Source: an uncultured delta proteobacterium (GTDB lineage: Bacteria > Myxococcota_A > Polyangia > Fen-1088). Taken from it: a stretch of 64,000 nucleotides of DNA. The notes beneath the pieces are model-generated. The model worked only from the letters and a program-made list of their open reading frames with translations, did not search any database and was not told the DNA's origin. The DNA lies in NCBI GenBank assembly GCA_963767925.1, contig CAVYGB010000002.1, positions 672,001-736,000 of the forward strand, read 5' to 3'. Numbering within the stretch: position 1 is the first letter of the stretch; every line of letters starts with the position of its first letter. A program made the translations under genes and the position numbers. This document shows, piece by piece, positions 50,388 to 59,951 of this stretch.

Positions 50388-51087
50388 GTGTTGTACCTCA
50401 GGCGCAATCCGCAACAACCCAGTTGTAACGTCGACCGCCTTTGCCGCGACCGGCAGTACGCGGGTCGAACGCCTCGGTTTCAGCGACGAAAAAAAAACGC
50501 GATCGCGCGTGACGGAGACGCTGGCTCGATGGCTATAGCTACTTCGATTGTCGACTGCCTGCGGACCGGTGGCGGGCATCGAGGTGATCGCCCTGGAGGC
50601 CGTGGACCAGCGGTGCGCCATCCGGAGCGGCGAGCACACGGTCGCGGAGGGCCGCTTCACCTTCGCAGCCTGCCGCCTGGCCACTACCTGGCGCGGCCTG
50701 GGTTGGTGGTGCAGGGCAGATCGCCGACGCCTCGGGACCGGTGATGGGCGAGGTCGATCTGATGAGCTACGCGGGGTATCGCTCCGAGCGAACCGCAACG
50801 GAGGGGCTCCCCGCTGCCTGGGCTGCCGCGACTCGAGCGCATCGAGCTTCACGCGCGGGGGCTCGACGAGACGGCCGGGCGGGTCGACGTCGAGCAGGAG
50901 GTGCGACCCGCGGAGCAGGCACGCCGGGGGGGGGCCGTCGAACTGGGAACCCCGGCTGACGCCCGTCAGGCGGTGAATCGACAAGCGGTGGCGCGCGGTG
51001 ACGGACGCCCGCCGTCCTTGGCAACGATCGAGAACTCTGGTCTAAGTAACCTGATCGAAACAGCCAACGGACGAGGAGGGTTTTGCG

Positions 51088-51513
51088 ATGGCCGACGAGA
51101 AGCTGGATCGCCTGAAGCTCAAGTACCAGACGGTGCTCAACACCATCACCCGACTGGGTGTGCAGTTGCAGAACCTGCACGTGCAGGAGGACAAGCTGGT
51201 CATCCGCGGCCACGCCAAGACCAAGGTCGAGAGCAACCAGATCTGGGAGCAGATCAAGCTCGTCGACGCCAACTACGCCAGCGATCTGCTGGCGCAGTTC
51301 ACCTTCGACTCCGAGGGCGCCGCCGCGCCGGCCCCGGCCGCCCCGCCCCCGACGCGCACCCACACCGTGGCCAAGGGCGAGACGCTGTCCGAGATCGCCC
51401 AGCAGGTTTACGGCAAGGCCAGCGACTACAAGCGCATCTTCGAGGCCAACCGCGACCAGCTCTCGGATCCCGACAAGATCCGGGTGGGCCAGGTCCTCAA
51501 GATCCCGACCTGA
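51088..51513 (+). CDS. BON-like plus LysM domain protein (Kbp/YgaU-like)
   Basis: RBS GAGGAGG; HTV.KGETLS.IA...YG....Y..IFEAN...L.DPDKI..GQ.L.IP. Confidence 0.85.
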   Translation: MADEKLDRLKLKYQTVLNTITRLGVQLQNLHVQEDKLVIRGHAKTKVESNQIWEQIKLVDANYASDLLAQFTFDSEGAAAPAPAAPPPTRTHTVAKGETLSEIAQQVYGKASDYKRIFEANRDQLSDPDKIRVGQVLKIPT

Positions 51514-51539
51514 CAGCGCGCGACCACGAGGAGACATCC

Positions 51540-51983
51540 ATGGGATTGCTCGACGGGATCTTGAAAGACGTCGTGGGGGGCCTGATCGCGGGCCGTACCG
51601 GCGGTGGCGCGGGCACCGGCACCGGCGCGCAGACCCAGCCCTCGCTGCTGCTGCTGGTCTTCCAGCTCATTCAGCAGAGCGGCGGGCTGCAGGCCATCCT
51701 GGAGCGCCTCAAGCAGGCGGGCCTCACCCAGCAGGCCAACTCCTGGGTCTCGACGGGGGACAACCTGCCGGTCTCCGGAGCGCAGATCAATCAGGCGCTC
51801 GGCCCGGACATGCTGGGCCAGCTCGGGGCGGGGACGGGCCTCAGCCAGGATCAGCTCGGCGACGCCATCGCCCAGCTCCTGCCGAACCTGGTCAACGAGA
51901 TGACGCCCGAGGGCCAGGTCCCGGACAACCACCAGGACCTGGTCAGCGGCGGCCTCGCCGCCCTGCTCGGCGGCTCTCGCTAG
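51540..51983 (+). CDS. YidB (DUF937) family protein
   Basis: MGLLD, GGL..L...L.QAGL...NSWV.TG.N.P, LP..V..MTPEG. Confidence 0.88.
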   Translation: MGLLDGILKDVVGGLIAGRTGGGAGTGTGAQTQPSLLLLVFQLIQQSGGLQAILERLKQAGLTQQANSWVSTGDNLPVSGAQINQALGPDMLGQLGAGTGLSQDQLGDAIAQLLPNLVNEMTPEGQVPDNHQDLVSGGLAALLGGSR

Positions 51984-52009
51984 CCCCTCGCCGTTTCGGC
52001 CAGGCGAAC

Positions 52010-52130
52010 GAGGTCATTTCTCCCCCTGCAGAGCGCCGCGCCGGGTGAGGGGCGGCCCGGGTCGGCAAATGCCCCTCACCCTTCCCTCTCCCTACGGTCC
52101 GCAGACGGCCGCGGGGAGAGGGCAAACGGG
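52010..52130. repeat. REP-like repeat copies between convergent genes
   Basis: GGGTGAGGGGC ... GCCCCTCACCCTTCCCTCTCCC...GCGGGGAGAGGGCAAACG. Confidence 0.7.
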
Positions 52131-52148
52131 CAGCGCCGGAGGCGCGGG

Positions 52149-52487
52149 TCAGTGGGTGGCGGGCTTCGGGCTGGGAGCGGGGGGAAGGGGGGCGGCGGCC
52201 TTCTCGGCGGGGGCGCCTTTGACCTCCACCGTGGTGGCGGTCATGCGGTATTCGATCGTCACCTTGGATCCGACCTTCAGCTCGCCCTTCACCTTCGTCT
52301 CGGGCGCGCGGGCCAGCTCCCACTTCTCCTTGCCTTTCTGCACGACGATGAGGTCGTCGGTCAGCTCGAGGACGGGGCCGGTGACCTGATAGGTCTTCGG
52401 TGCGGCGGCCAGGGCAACGACCGCCGAGATCGACAGAATGGCGGCGAAACCGAGGCAAATGCGTTGCTTCATCGGCGGCAGGTTCAT
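52149..52487 (-). CDS. Small secreted OB-fold-like hypothetical protein
   Basis: RBS GGAGG, signal peptide, YQVTGPVLE.....IVVQKG.EKWE, G.LKVG.KVT..Y.M.A. Confidence 0.75.
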   Translation of the reverse strand: MNLPPMKQRICLGFAAILSISAVVALAAAPKTYQVTGPVLELTDDLIVVQKGKEKWELARAPETKVKGELKVGSKVTIEYRMTATTVEVKGAPAEKAAAPLPPAPSPKPATH

Positions 52488-52643
52488 GAAAGCCCTCCAG
52501 GTTCGAGTTGCGAGTGGCAGCGGCATAATAGCCACGACGCGATTCTCTGGTTGGCCGATGTCCGGGGCGGGCCGATACTGCCGGCCCACGGAGCACGATT
52601 TTCCTGTCGGGCTGCGTGGTGAACCAACTCGGAGGGAACCAGC

Positions 52644-52895
52644 ATGAGCATCGTGTGGACACTCATCGTCGGTCTGGTGGTCGGTTTCGTGGCCAAGCTG
52701 CTGATGCCCGGGCGGGACCCGGGGGGCTTCATCATCACGATGTTGCTGGGCGTGGCCGGATCGTTCCTGGCGGCCTACGGCGGTCGCGCGGCCGGCCTGT
52801 ACAAGGTGGGCGAGACGCCGGGCTTCATCATGTCCGTCCTCGGCGCCATCGTCCTGCTGTTCATCTACCGCCTCATCAAGCGGCGCACCGCCTGA
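52644..52895 (+). CDS. GlsB/YeaQ/YmgE transglycosylase-associated membrane protein
   Basis: GL.VG..AK.LMPGRDPGG.I.T.LLG.AGS, S.LGAI.LL. Confidence 0.9.
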   Translation: MSIVWTLIVGLVVGFVAKLLMPGRDPGGFIITMLLGVAGSFLAAYGGRAAGLYKVGETPGFIMSVLGAIVLLFIYRLIKRRTA

Positions 52896-53104
52896 GCAGG
52901 CGCCGGCTCCCCCTGGCGACCGGGCCGCGGTTTGCGCCGGGCCACCAGGGGGACCTTCCTCCGCGGACAGGCGTCCGCGCCCCGTCCGGATCTGTCCGCC
53001 CGGACGCGGTCGATCGCCGCGAAACGGCTGATCCCCGCCCTCGCCGCTGATGCGCGGATCGGCCCGGTCCTTGCGATGTCCTCCCTCCGGAGGCCCGAAG
53101 GACC

Positions 53105-53800
53105 ATGCTCGCACCCGCTCCCCGTCTCGCTTCTCTCCGCTCCTGCCTGTCGATCGCCGCTCTCGTGGCGGCCGGCGCCGTCTCCACCGCCGGCTGTGAC
53201 ACAGCCACCGCCGCGGACGGATCACCGCTGCCCTCGGCCCCGCCGGTGGCGCCGGCCGGTCCCTTCGCGGTGGGCACCACCAGCTTCGAGGTCAGCGACC
53301 GCGACCACCCCGAACCGCACACCGAGGCTACCGACGACAACCGCCGCTTCGTCGTGCGGGCCTGGTACCCGGCCGCGGCGCCGGCCGGTGCGCCGGCGCC
53401 GTATTTCCTGAACGCGGCCGAGGGGGCGGCCAACGCGGCGGTGCTGGGGTTACCGGCCGACGCCTTCGAGGGGCCGGGCGCCTCGACCTGCAGCCGGTCG
53501 GCGTGTTCGGGCACTCGGTGGGCGTAGCCGCCGCGGCCGAGAGCTGCCTGGCCGACCCCCGCTTCGCCGCCTGCGCGAACCTCGACGGCAGCGTGGGCAC
53601 GGTGGTGGCGGTGGGCCCGGCCATCACCCGACCCTTCCTGCTCATGCGGGCCGAGGGGACGGTCGAGTCGACGCTGGACGGGTTCTTCGCCTCGCTGGGC
53701 GGGGTGGCCTACCAGCTCGCGGTGCGGGGCGCCGGCCACGACAGCTTCTCCGACGTGGACAGCCTGATCGAGCATTTGCGCGGCAAGGACCTGCTCGAGC
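53105..53800 (+). pseudogene. PAF-acetylhydrolase-like alpha/beta hydrolase lipoprotein with internal deletion
   Basis: GPFAVG....D......R...V..WYPA, then an out-of-frame jump at about 53480 to GVFGHSVG, NLDG, P.LLM, GAGH.SFSD. Confidence 0.7.
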
Positions 53801-53804
53801 ACCA

Positions 53805-54131
53805 ACTACGTCCGACCTCAACCGCTTCTTCGCCGCCCTGGTCGCCGGCCAGGTTGTCGCCCCCGCCCGCCTGCCCGCCACGTTCACCCCCGACCCGACC
53901 ATCGAGACCAACTACGGCATCGGCGTCTGGTCCTGGACCGACTTCCCCTGTGGCGCCTGGGTCGGCCACGAGGGCGCCACCTTCGGCTACGACACCTACT
54001 CTTACTCCCGGCGCGACGGCGGCCGCCAGGTGACGGTGCAGGTCACCTCCCTCACGCTGGACGACAAGGCGGGCGACGAGGCCGCCCACCAGGCCTGGTT
54101 CGACCTTATTCGCGCCGCCGCCTGCAAGTGA
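53805..54131 (+). pseudogene. Serine hydrolase (beta-lactamase/DD-peptidase family) C-terminal fragment
   Basis: TTSDLNRFFAAL..G, YG.G, CG..VGHEG...GY.T......DG.R; no start codon, absent from the ORF track. Confidence 0.7.
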
Positions 54132-54145
54132 CCCGGCCCGACCAA

Positions 54146-54192
54146 CAGAAAAAGAGAAGGGGCGCTCCGCCGGCGATCGGCGGGGCGCCCCT
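54146..54192 (-). terminator. Intrinsic terminator of the FG-GAP gene
   Basis: 15-bp stem AGGGGCGCTCCGCCG/CGGCGGGGCGCCCCT followed on the minus strand by TCTCTTTTTCTG. Confidence 0.65.
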
Positions 54193-54218
54193 CGTGCGTT
54201 TCGCCGCGCTCCCCTGCG

Positions 54219-57200
54219 CTACCGCCGCCGGCGCCGCCGCCGGAAGAACAGCACCAGGGCCAGGCCGATCGGCACCGAGGCCTGCATCGCCTCGCTGGGA
54301 CGGTTGCGGCCCACGTCGCAGTCGCAGCCCCCCCCGCCCCCGCCGCGCCGGATGGCCGCATCGACCGCCCCGTCGCGGCGGGCGTCGCTGCCGGCCGGGC
54401 CGTCGAGGCGCCCGTCGCTGCCAGCGCCGTCGAGGCGCCCGTCGGTCGCGGCCAGCGCATCTCCGCTGTCACCACCCGGGCCGTCTCCCCCCGTCGCCCC
54501 GTCGGTCACCGGTCCGTCGCCGGCCGAGCCGTCGCTGACCGGGCCGTCGGTGGCCCCGCCGTCGGAAACCACGCAGCCGGCGATGATCACGTTCACGCAC
54601 CCGGTCGCCATCACACACGAGTCGGTGGTGCAGGGGTCGCTGTCGTCGCACGACCGCGCCGCGCCCGCCGTGCAGACCCCCGTGGTGCAGACGTCGGGCT
54701 GCGTGCACATGTTGCCGTCCTGGCAGGCGGTGCCGTCGGTCTTCGCCGGGTTCGAGCACACGCCGGTGGCGGGGTTGCACACGCCCGCGTTGTGACACTG
54801 ATCCGGCGTCGGGCAGGTCACCGCGCTGGTGCCCGAGCAGACGCCCCCCGCCTGGCAGGCGTCCGGCGAGGTGCACATGCTCGAGTCGTTGCAGGCCAGC
54901 CCCACCGTGCGGGCGCTGCAGGTGCCGTCGGCCATCGTCCCGCCGGCGGCCGCGCTGCAGGCCCGGCAGTCGGTCGTGACGCCGCCGCCGCAGGCCTCGT
55001 TGCAGCAGACCCCGTCGACGCAGAACCCGGCCACGCCACACTGGGAGGCCATCGTGCAGGGGGTCCCGCCGCCCACCCCGTCGGTGCGCAGGTGGGTCCC
55101 CAGGGTCTCCGCGTGCGACCCGTAGAACCAGGGGCTGTGCCGCCCGCGCAGCGTCCGCTGGGTGGGGTCGTATTCGAGTCGGGCCCGGAAGTGGTAGGAG
55201 GTGCTGCCGCTCAGCCCGGTCACCCGGCGGGTCATCGCGATGCCGGTCAGCCCGCTGCTGGTGAAGTCGGCGTCGATCACCGTGTCGTTGTCGTCGAAGT
55301 CGGTGCCGCGCGGCTTGACCTCCGTCTCCAGCTTGACCCGCGTGATCCCGAGGGGACCACTGGCCAGGATGGCGATGTCGAACGCGTTGACCGAGGCCGC
55401 CACGACGTTGCCCGGCTGCACGATGGTGCTGCTGCTGGGCCGCAAGGCCCGCAGCCGGAAGGGCCGGCCGTTCGTGTTGCCGAGGTGCAGGAGGGCCCGC
55501 CCCTCCCCCGCCTCGCCGCCGCTGAACCCGGGCGCCCCCAGGATCGCGTCGGTCACCCCGTCGCCGTTGACGTCGCCGGCGTTGGCCACCGCGCTGCCGA
55601 GCGCCAGGTTGGCCACGCCCCCCTCGATGATCTGCGAGACCGCGCCCGGCAGCGGCGTCCCCCCCGACAGGAAGACGTAGACCGCGCCCTCGTTGGTCTG
55701 GCCGTTGCTGTAGGCCGGCGCCCCCACCACCACGTCGGCGATGGCGTCGTGATCGAGATCGAGCCCACCGGCCAGGGACGACCCCAGGCGGGCGCCGTCG
55801 ACCGCCGAGGCGTACGAGTAGGGCACGTCGACGATGGTGGTGGCCCCACCTTCGTAGACGTAGACCGTGCCGGCCCCGCCGTTGGTGCCGGGCGCGCCGG
55901 CCGCCACGTCGGCGAACCCGTCGGAGTCGACGTCGCCGGCGGTGTCGACCGCGGCGCCGAACTCGGCCGCCGCCTCGTCGCCGTCGCGGATGATGGGCGC
56001 CGCCAGCCCGGCCGCCTGGCCGAAGTAGACGTAGATGCGCCCCTGACCGCCGTTGAAGCCCGGCGCCCCCACGACCACGTCGCCGCGGCCGTCGTTGTTG
56101 ACGTCGCCCGCCCCCGCCACCGCCACGCCGAAGCGGGCGTTGGCCAGGTCGCTCTCCACGGTGGCCGGGCTGGCGGTGATCAGCCCGCCCGGGCTGCCGC
56201 GCAACAGGTACACCCGACCTTCACCCGGCTGGCCGTTGGCCAGCCCGGGCGCGCCCGCCAGCACGTCGTGCAGGCCGTCGCCGTTGGTGTCGGAGGCCCC
56301 CACCGCCGTGCCCAGCAGGGCCCCCGCGACGTCGCTGTCGAAGGTGACCGGCGTGGTGGCGGCGGTGATGCCGCCGGAGGCCCCCGGGTACAGATAGATG
56401 CGCCCCTCGTCGGCCTGCCCGTCGGAGAAGTTGGGCGCCCCCACCAGGAGATCGCCGAAGCCGTCGCCGTTGACGTCCCCCGCCCGGGCCAGCGCCTCGC
56501 CGAACCCGGCGCCGGTGGGCCCGATCAGGGTGCCGTCGGCCGTCGTGTCGGGGCCGTTCGCCCCCCCGAGGTAGAGGAAGACCCGGCCGTTGTTGGCGCC
56601 CCCGAAGCTCGGCGCCGCCACCGCCAGATCGCCGAAGCCGTCGCCGTTCGTGTCGCCGGCGCCCGCCACCGCCAGGCCGAGGCCGGCCCCCGCGGTGTTG
56701 GCCTCGATGGCGAGGTCGCTGGCCCGCCGCAGGCCGTTGGTGTTGGCCGAGCCGAGCAGGAGGTGCGCCCGCCCCTCGTTGGTCTGCCCGTTGCTCAGCC
56801 CGGGCGAGCCGGCGACGACGTCGCCGTAGCCGTCGTTGTTGACGTCGCCGGCCGCGCCGAGCGCGCCGCCCAGGCTCTGGTTGGCCAGGGTCCCGCGCAC
56901 CACGCTGTCGGCCAGCGAGGCGTCGGTGAAGGCCGGCCCCCGCCCCGAGCCGGGGATCAGGTAGACCGCGCCAGCGTTGGCGGTGGCCCCGTTGTCCAGG
57001 CCCGGCGCGCCCACCGCGAGGTCGGCGTGGCCGTCGCCGTTGACGTCCCCCGGCCCCGCCACCCGGGAGCCGAACTCGGCCCCCGCCACGTTGCTCTCGA
57101 TGATGGTCGGCCCCGGCGCCAGGCCGCCCGCCGCGCCCTTGAAGACGTAGACCACCCCCTCGCCGCCCTTGTTGGCCGAGCCCACCGCCACGTCGGCGTA

Positions 57201-58892
57201 GCCGTCGCCGTCGAGGTCCCCGAGGCCAGCGACCGAGTCGACCTGGGCCCCGCCCTCGTTGGTCTCGAAGTGGTCGGTGGTCCCGGCCGCAAACGCCCCC
57301 GGCCGGGTCAAGGTGCCGTTGGCCGCGCCGAGGTAGGCGAAGGCCGCGCCCTCGTTGGCCTCCCCGTTGCCGTAGAGGGTCGCCGCCACCACGACGTCGG
57401 CCCGGCCGTCGCCGTTCACGTCGCCGGCCGAGGCCACCACCGCGCCCAGGCGGTGTCCCGCCGTGCCCGTGATGGTGTCGGAGGCGGTCGTGGACGGGCC
57501 GGTGTCGCTGCCGAGGTAGGTCTGGATGCGCCCGGCGCCCGCCGTCGAGGGGGCGCCCACGATGACGTCGTCGAAGCCGTCGGCGTTGAGGTCCCCCGCG
57601 CCGCTGGCCGCCGCCCCGAACAGCCCGCCGGCGACGTTCCCCTCGACGACCCAGACGGGCGTCGCGGGCAACCCGGCGGGCAGGCCCCCCAGGAAGACGT
57701 AGGCCCGCCCCTCGGCCGCCTCGCCGTTGCTCCAGTTGCTCTGGCCGATGATGACGTCGGCGATGTCGTCGCCGTCCACGTCCCCCGCCGCGGTGGCCGC
57801 GCTGCCGAAGCGCGAGCCGGCGGTGGCGGCGGGCGTGCCCCCGGCGTTGGTCCCCTGCGAGCTCCAGGCCGCCGTTTCGTCGAGCCCGGCCGCGTCGCCG
57901 AGATAGAGGAACACCTGGCCCGCGCCGTTGTACTCCGGGTAGGCGACGAGCACGTCGTCGAGGCCGTCGTCGTTCACGTCGCCCGCGCCCGAGACGGTCA
58001 TCCCGGTGCCGGCCGCCGCCAGGTTGCTCTCGACCGTCCACTCGGCCGCCGTCAACACGGGATCGACAAGCACGGGGTAGCGGGCCCCGGCGTCGTCGAT
58101 CTCGAGGAAGATCCCGCGCGGCCCCTGGCGCATGCGGGTGGGCAGATCCCGGCCGGTCGCGTCCTCGGCGACCAGCCCGGCGTAGTGGAAGCGGCGCCCG
58201 TCCCGCGCGGTCAACACCGCCCGCGAGGACCCCTCGGCCAGCTCGGTGCGGGCGCCGGTGACCTGGACCTCGATGCGCAGCCAGTCCGCCCCCCCGCCGG
58301 TCGCCCGGGGCGCCCGCGGGATGACGAAGCCCTGCTCGAGCCCGCCCGGCCGGTTCTCCCACCACTCGATGGCGCCGCCGGCGTCCCGCTCGAGGCGGCG
58401 CAAGCAGGCGCCCTTCTCATCGAGGGCGCCGTCGCCGCGGCACTGTCCGATGCGGAAGCGGCCGCCGGCCAGCGAGCTCGTCGCGCCCCCCCGCCCGAGC
58501 GCCACGCTGCGCACCGAGACCGCTGCCTTGCTCGGCGCCGCCGCCAGGGTGGAGATCGCGAGACCGTCCTCCTGCCAGATCGCGCGCAGCCGGTGCTGGC
58601 GGTTGGCGGCGGTGAGCTGTCGCCCCTCCTCGCGGATCCGGTATTCGCTGGCCTGGATGCGCGTCTGCACCTCCTGGAACCAGCCGCTGGTCGGTCCGGT
58701 CACGGCCGGCCGGCTGGCGCTCGGTCCCGCCGAGGTCGGAGCCGCCGGAGCGGCCGGCGGCGGATCCGCCGGGCGTCCGGGCTCTGCCGGGCCACAGCCA
58801 GCCGCCGCCAGGCTCGCCAGCAGCGACATCGTCGCGCCGATCGTCCCCAGCTCCCGTTTCCCCTTACCAAGGTCGTTGCGAGCGTCGCGCAT
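54219..58892 (-). CDS. Large FG-GAP/integrin-alpha repeat surface protein with Cys-rich region and MYXO-CTERM
   Basis: Lipobox-like AAAGC; about 14 AGD(V/L/T)(N/D)GDG..D..VGAP repeats; CVDGVCC, CDDSDPCTTDSC; GGGCDC-TM-RRRRRRR. Confidence 0.88.
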   Translation of the reverse strand: MRDARNDLGKGKRELGTIGATMSLLASLAAAGCGPAEPGRPADPPPAAPAAPTSAGPSASRPAVTGPTSGWFQEVQTRIQASEYRIREEGRQLTAANRQHRLRAIWQEDGLAISTLAAAPSKAAVSVRSVALGRGGATSSLAGGRFRIGQCRGDGALDEKGACLRRLERDAGGAIEWWENRPGGLEQGFVIPRAPRATGGGADWLRIEVQVTGARTELAEGSSRAVLTARDGRRFHYAGLVAEDATGRDLPTRMRQGPRGIFLEIDDAGARYPVLVDPVLTAAEWTVESNLAAAGTGMTVSGAGDVNDDGLDDVLVAYPEYNGAGQVFLYLGDAAGLDETAAWSSQGTNAGGTPAATAGSRFGSAATAAGDVDGDDIADVIIGQSNWSNGEAAEGRAYVFLGGLPAGLPATPVWVVEGNVAGGLFGAAASGAGDLNADGFDDVIVGAPSTAGAGRIQTYLGSDTGPSTTASDTITGTAGHRLGAVVASAGDVNGDGRADVVVAATLYGNGEANEGAAFAYLGAANGTLTRPGAFAAGTTDHFETNEGGAQVDSVAGLGDLDGDGYADVAVGSANKGGEGVVYVFKGAAGGLAPGPTIIESNVAGAEFGSRVAGPGDVNGDGHADLAVGAPGLDNGATANAGAVYLIPGSGRGPAFTDASLADSVVRGTLANQSLGGALGAAGDVNNDGYGDVVAGSPGLSNGQTNEGRAHLLLGSANTNGLRRASDLAIEANTAGAGLGLAVAGAGDTNGDGFGDLAVAAPSFGGANNGRVFLYLGGANGPDTTADGTLIGPTGAGFGEALARAGDVNGDGFGDLLVGAPNFSDGQADEGRIYLYPGASGGITAATTPVTFDSDVAGALLGTAVGASDTNGDGLHDVLAGAPGLANGQPGEGRVYLLRGSPGGLITASPATVESDLANARFGVAVAGAGDVNNDGRGDVVVGAPGFNGGQGRIYVYFGQAAGLAAPIIRDGDEAAAEFGAAVDTAGDVDSDGFADVAAGAPGTNGGAGTVYVYEGGATTIVDVPYSYASAVDGARLGSSLAGGLDLDHDAIADVVVGAPAYSNGQTNEGAVYVFLSGGTPLPGAVSQIIEGGVANLALGSAVANAGDVNGDGVTDAILGAPGFSGGEAGEGRALLHLGNTNGRPFRLRALRPSSSTIVQPGNVVAASVNAFDIAILASGPLGITRVKLETEVKPRGTDFDDNDTVIDADFTSSGLTGIAMTRRVTGLSGSTSYHFRARLEYDPTQRTLRGRHSPWFYGSHAETLGTHLRTDGVGGGTPCTMASQCGVAGFCVDGVCCNEACGGGVTTDCRACSAAAGGTMADGTCSARTVGLACNDSSMCTSPDACQAGGVCSGTSAVTCPTPDQCHNAGVCNPATGVCSNPAKTDGTACQDGNMCTQPDVCTTGVCTAGAARSCDDSDPCTTDSCVMATGCVNVIIAGCVVSDGGATDGPVSDGSAGDGPVTDGATGGDGPGGDSGDALAATDGRLDGAGSDGRLDGPAGSDARRDGAVDAAIRRGGGGGGCDCDVGRNRPSEAMQASVPIGLALVLFFRRRRRRR

Positions 58893-59123
58893 GTATGTCC
58901 TTTCTCCCGCAGCGTAACAGCTACCGACCACCAGCGTCTCGCACAACCATCGTGGTGTCTCCGTGCCGCCCGACACATCCGCGGTGGCCCCCTAGAGAGC
59001 GCCCCTGGCTCGCTCCCCGCGGGCGGACGGCCTCGAGACCAGCTTGCGGCCACCGCGGCCACCATCGCCTTACATCGACGCAGGCATCGCCCGGGACGCG
59101 AGCCGATCGAGCCGCGCAGGCGA

Positions 59124-59790
59124 TCAGAAGAGCAGCGCGCGGGCGAACAGCCCGTCGGGATCGTACCGGCGGCGGATGTGCTGCAGGCGGGCCGCGCTGG
59201 CCGGCGACCAGGGCGCGACGAGCGGCGCGGTCGTGCGCGGCCGGTCGGTGAAGTTGATGTTGCTCTCGGGCGCCACCCAGGCGCCCAGCGCCCCGATCAG
59301 CCGGTCGGCCGCCGCAGGCAAGACGTCGTCGAAGCGGGCCACGTCCCGGCTGATCAGGCTGAGCGTGAACCCGGCCGCACGCCCGCCCGCCGCCGCCCGC
59401 GACGTCGGTGCGGGTGGCCCCGCCGAGGTGGCGCAGCTCGAGCGCCAGGAACGGTGAGCCCCGGCCAGGCCCCGCCTGGTCGATCACCGCCGTGGCCGCG
59501 TCCTGGTCGAAGCGCGACAGCAGCAGCGCCTGGATCCAGGTGGGCCCCGGGTCGGTGGGATCGCTGTGGATGCGCGCCACCTCGGCCAGCGGCAGGGGCC
59601 CCAGCCCGTCGAGGTAGACCGGCGCCGCCGCCCGCAGCGGCGCCGCCAGCCGCGCCCCCTCCTCGGTCGAGCCGGGGTAGGCGAAGCGCAGGGCCAGCAG
59701 CCGGCGACCGCGCAGCGGCGGCGGCAGCGCCTCGAGCGGCGGGAAGTCGGCGATCACCAGGCTGGTGGTGACCGCGTCGGGGCACGACCC
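59124..59790 (-). pseudogene. FAD-linked oxidase (BBE-type) C-terminal fragment, frameshift at about 59395
   Basis: ELRHLGGA, INF, RL..IRRRYDPDGLF; FAD-binding N-terminus absent. Confidence 0.7.
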
Positions 59791-59891
59791 GCGCACGCCC
59801 GACCCGCCCACCAGCCGGGCGCGCCTCACCCTCACCGGATCGATCTGACGCCGGGGCCGCGCGGCGACCCCGGCGCCTTCACCGGAACGAG

Positions 59892-59927
59892 CGGCAGGGC
59901 CCCAACCTTCGCGGGGGGGGCCCTGCC
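59892..59927 (-). terminator. GC-rich hairpin downstream of the carbonic anhydrase gene
   Basis: GGCAGGGCCCC...GGGGCCCTGCC stem. Confidence 0.45.
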
Positions 59928-59951
59928 CTTTCCGTCCGTTCTCGCCGCCCG

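Noticed and set aside
50400..50984. Long N-terminal extension of the NtrC-like regulator; A9 tract at 50489-50497 as a phase-variation switch
   Set aside because: The extension has no domain signal and poor codon bias; the tract appears intergenic with no evidence of variation
54792..59771. 1659-aa plus-strand ORF and similar long ORFs (326-2068, 3849-6077, 9466-11151, 32027-35215, 48687-50744)
   Set aside because: Antisense or off-frame shadows of real high-GC genes; no recognisable motifs
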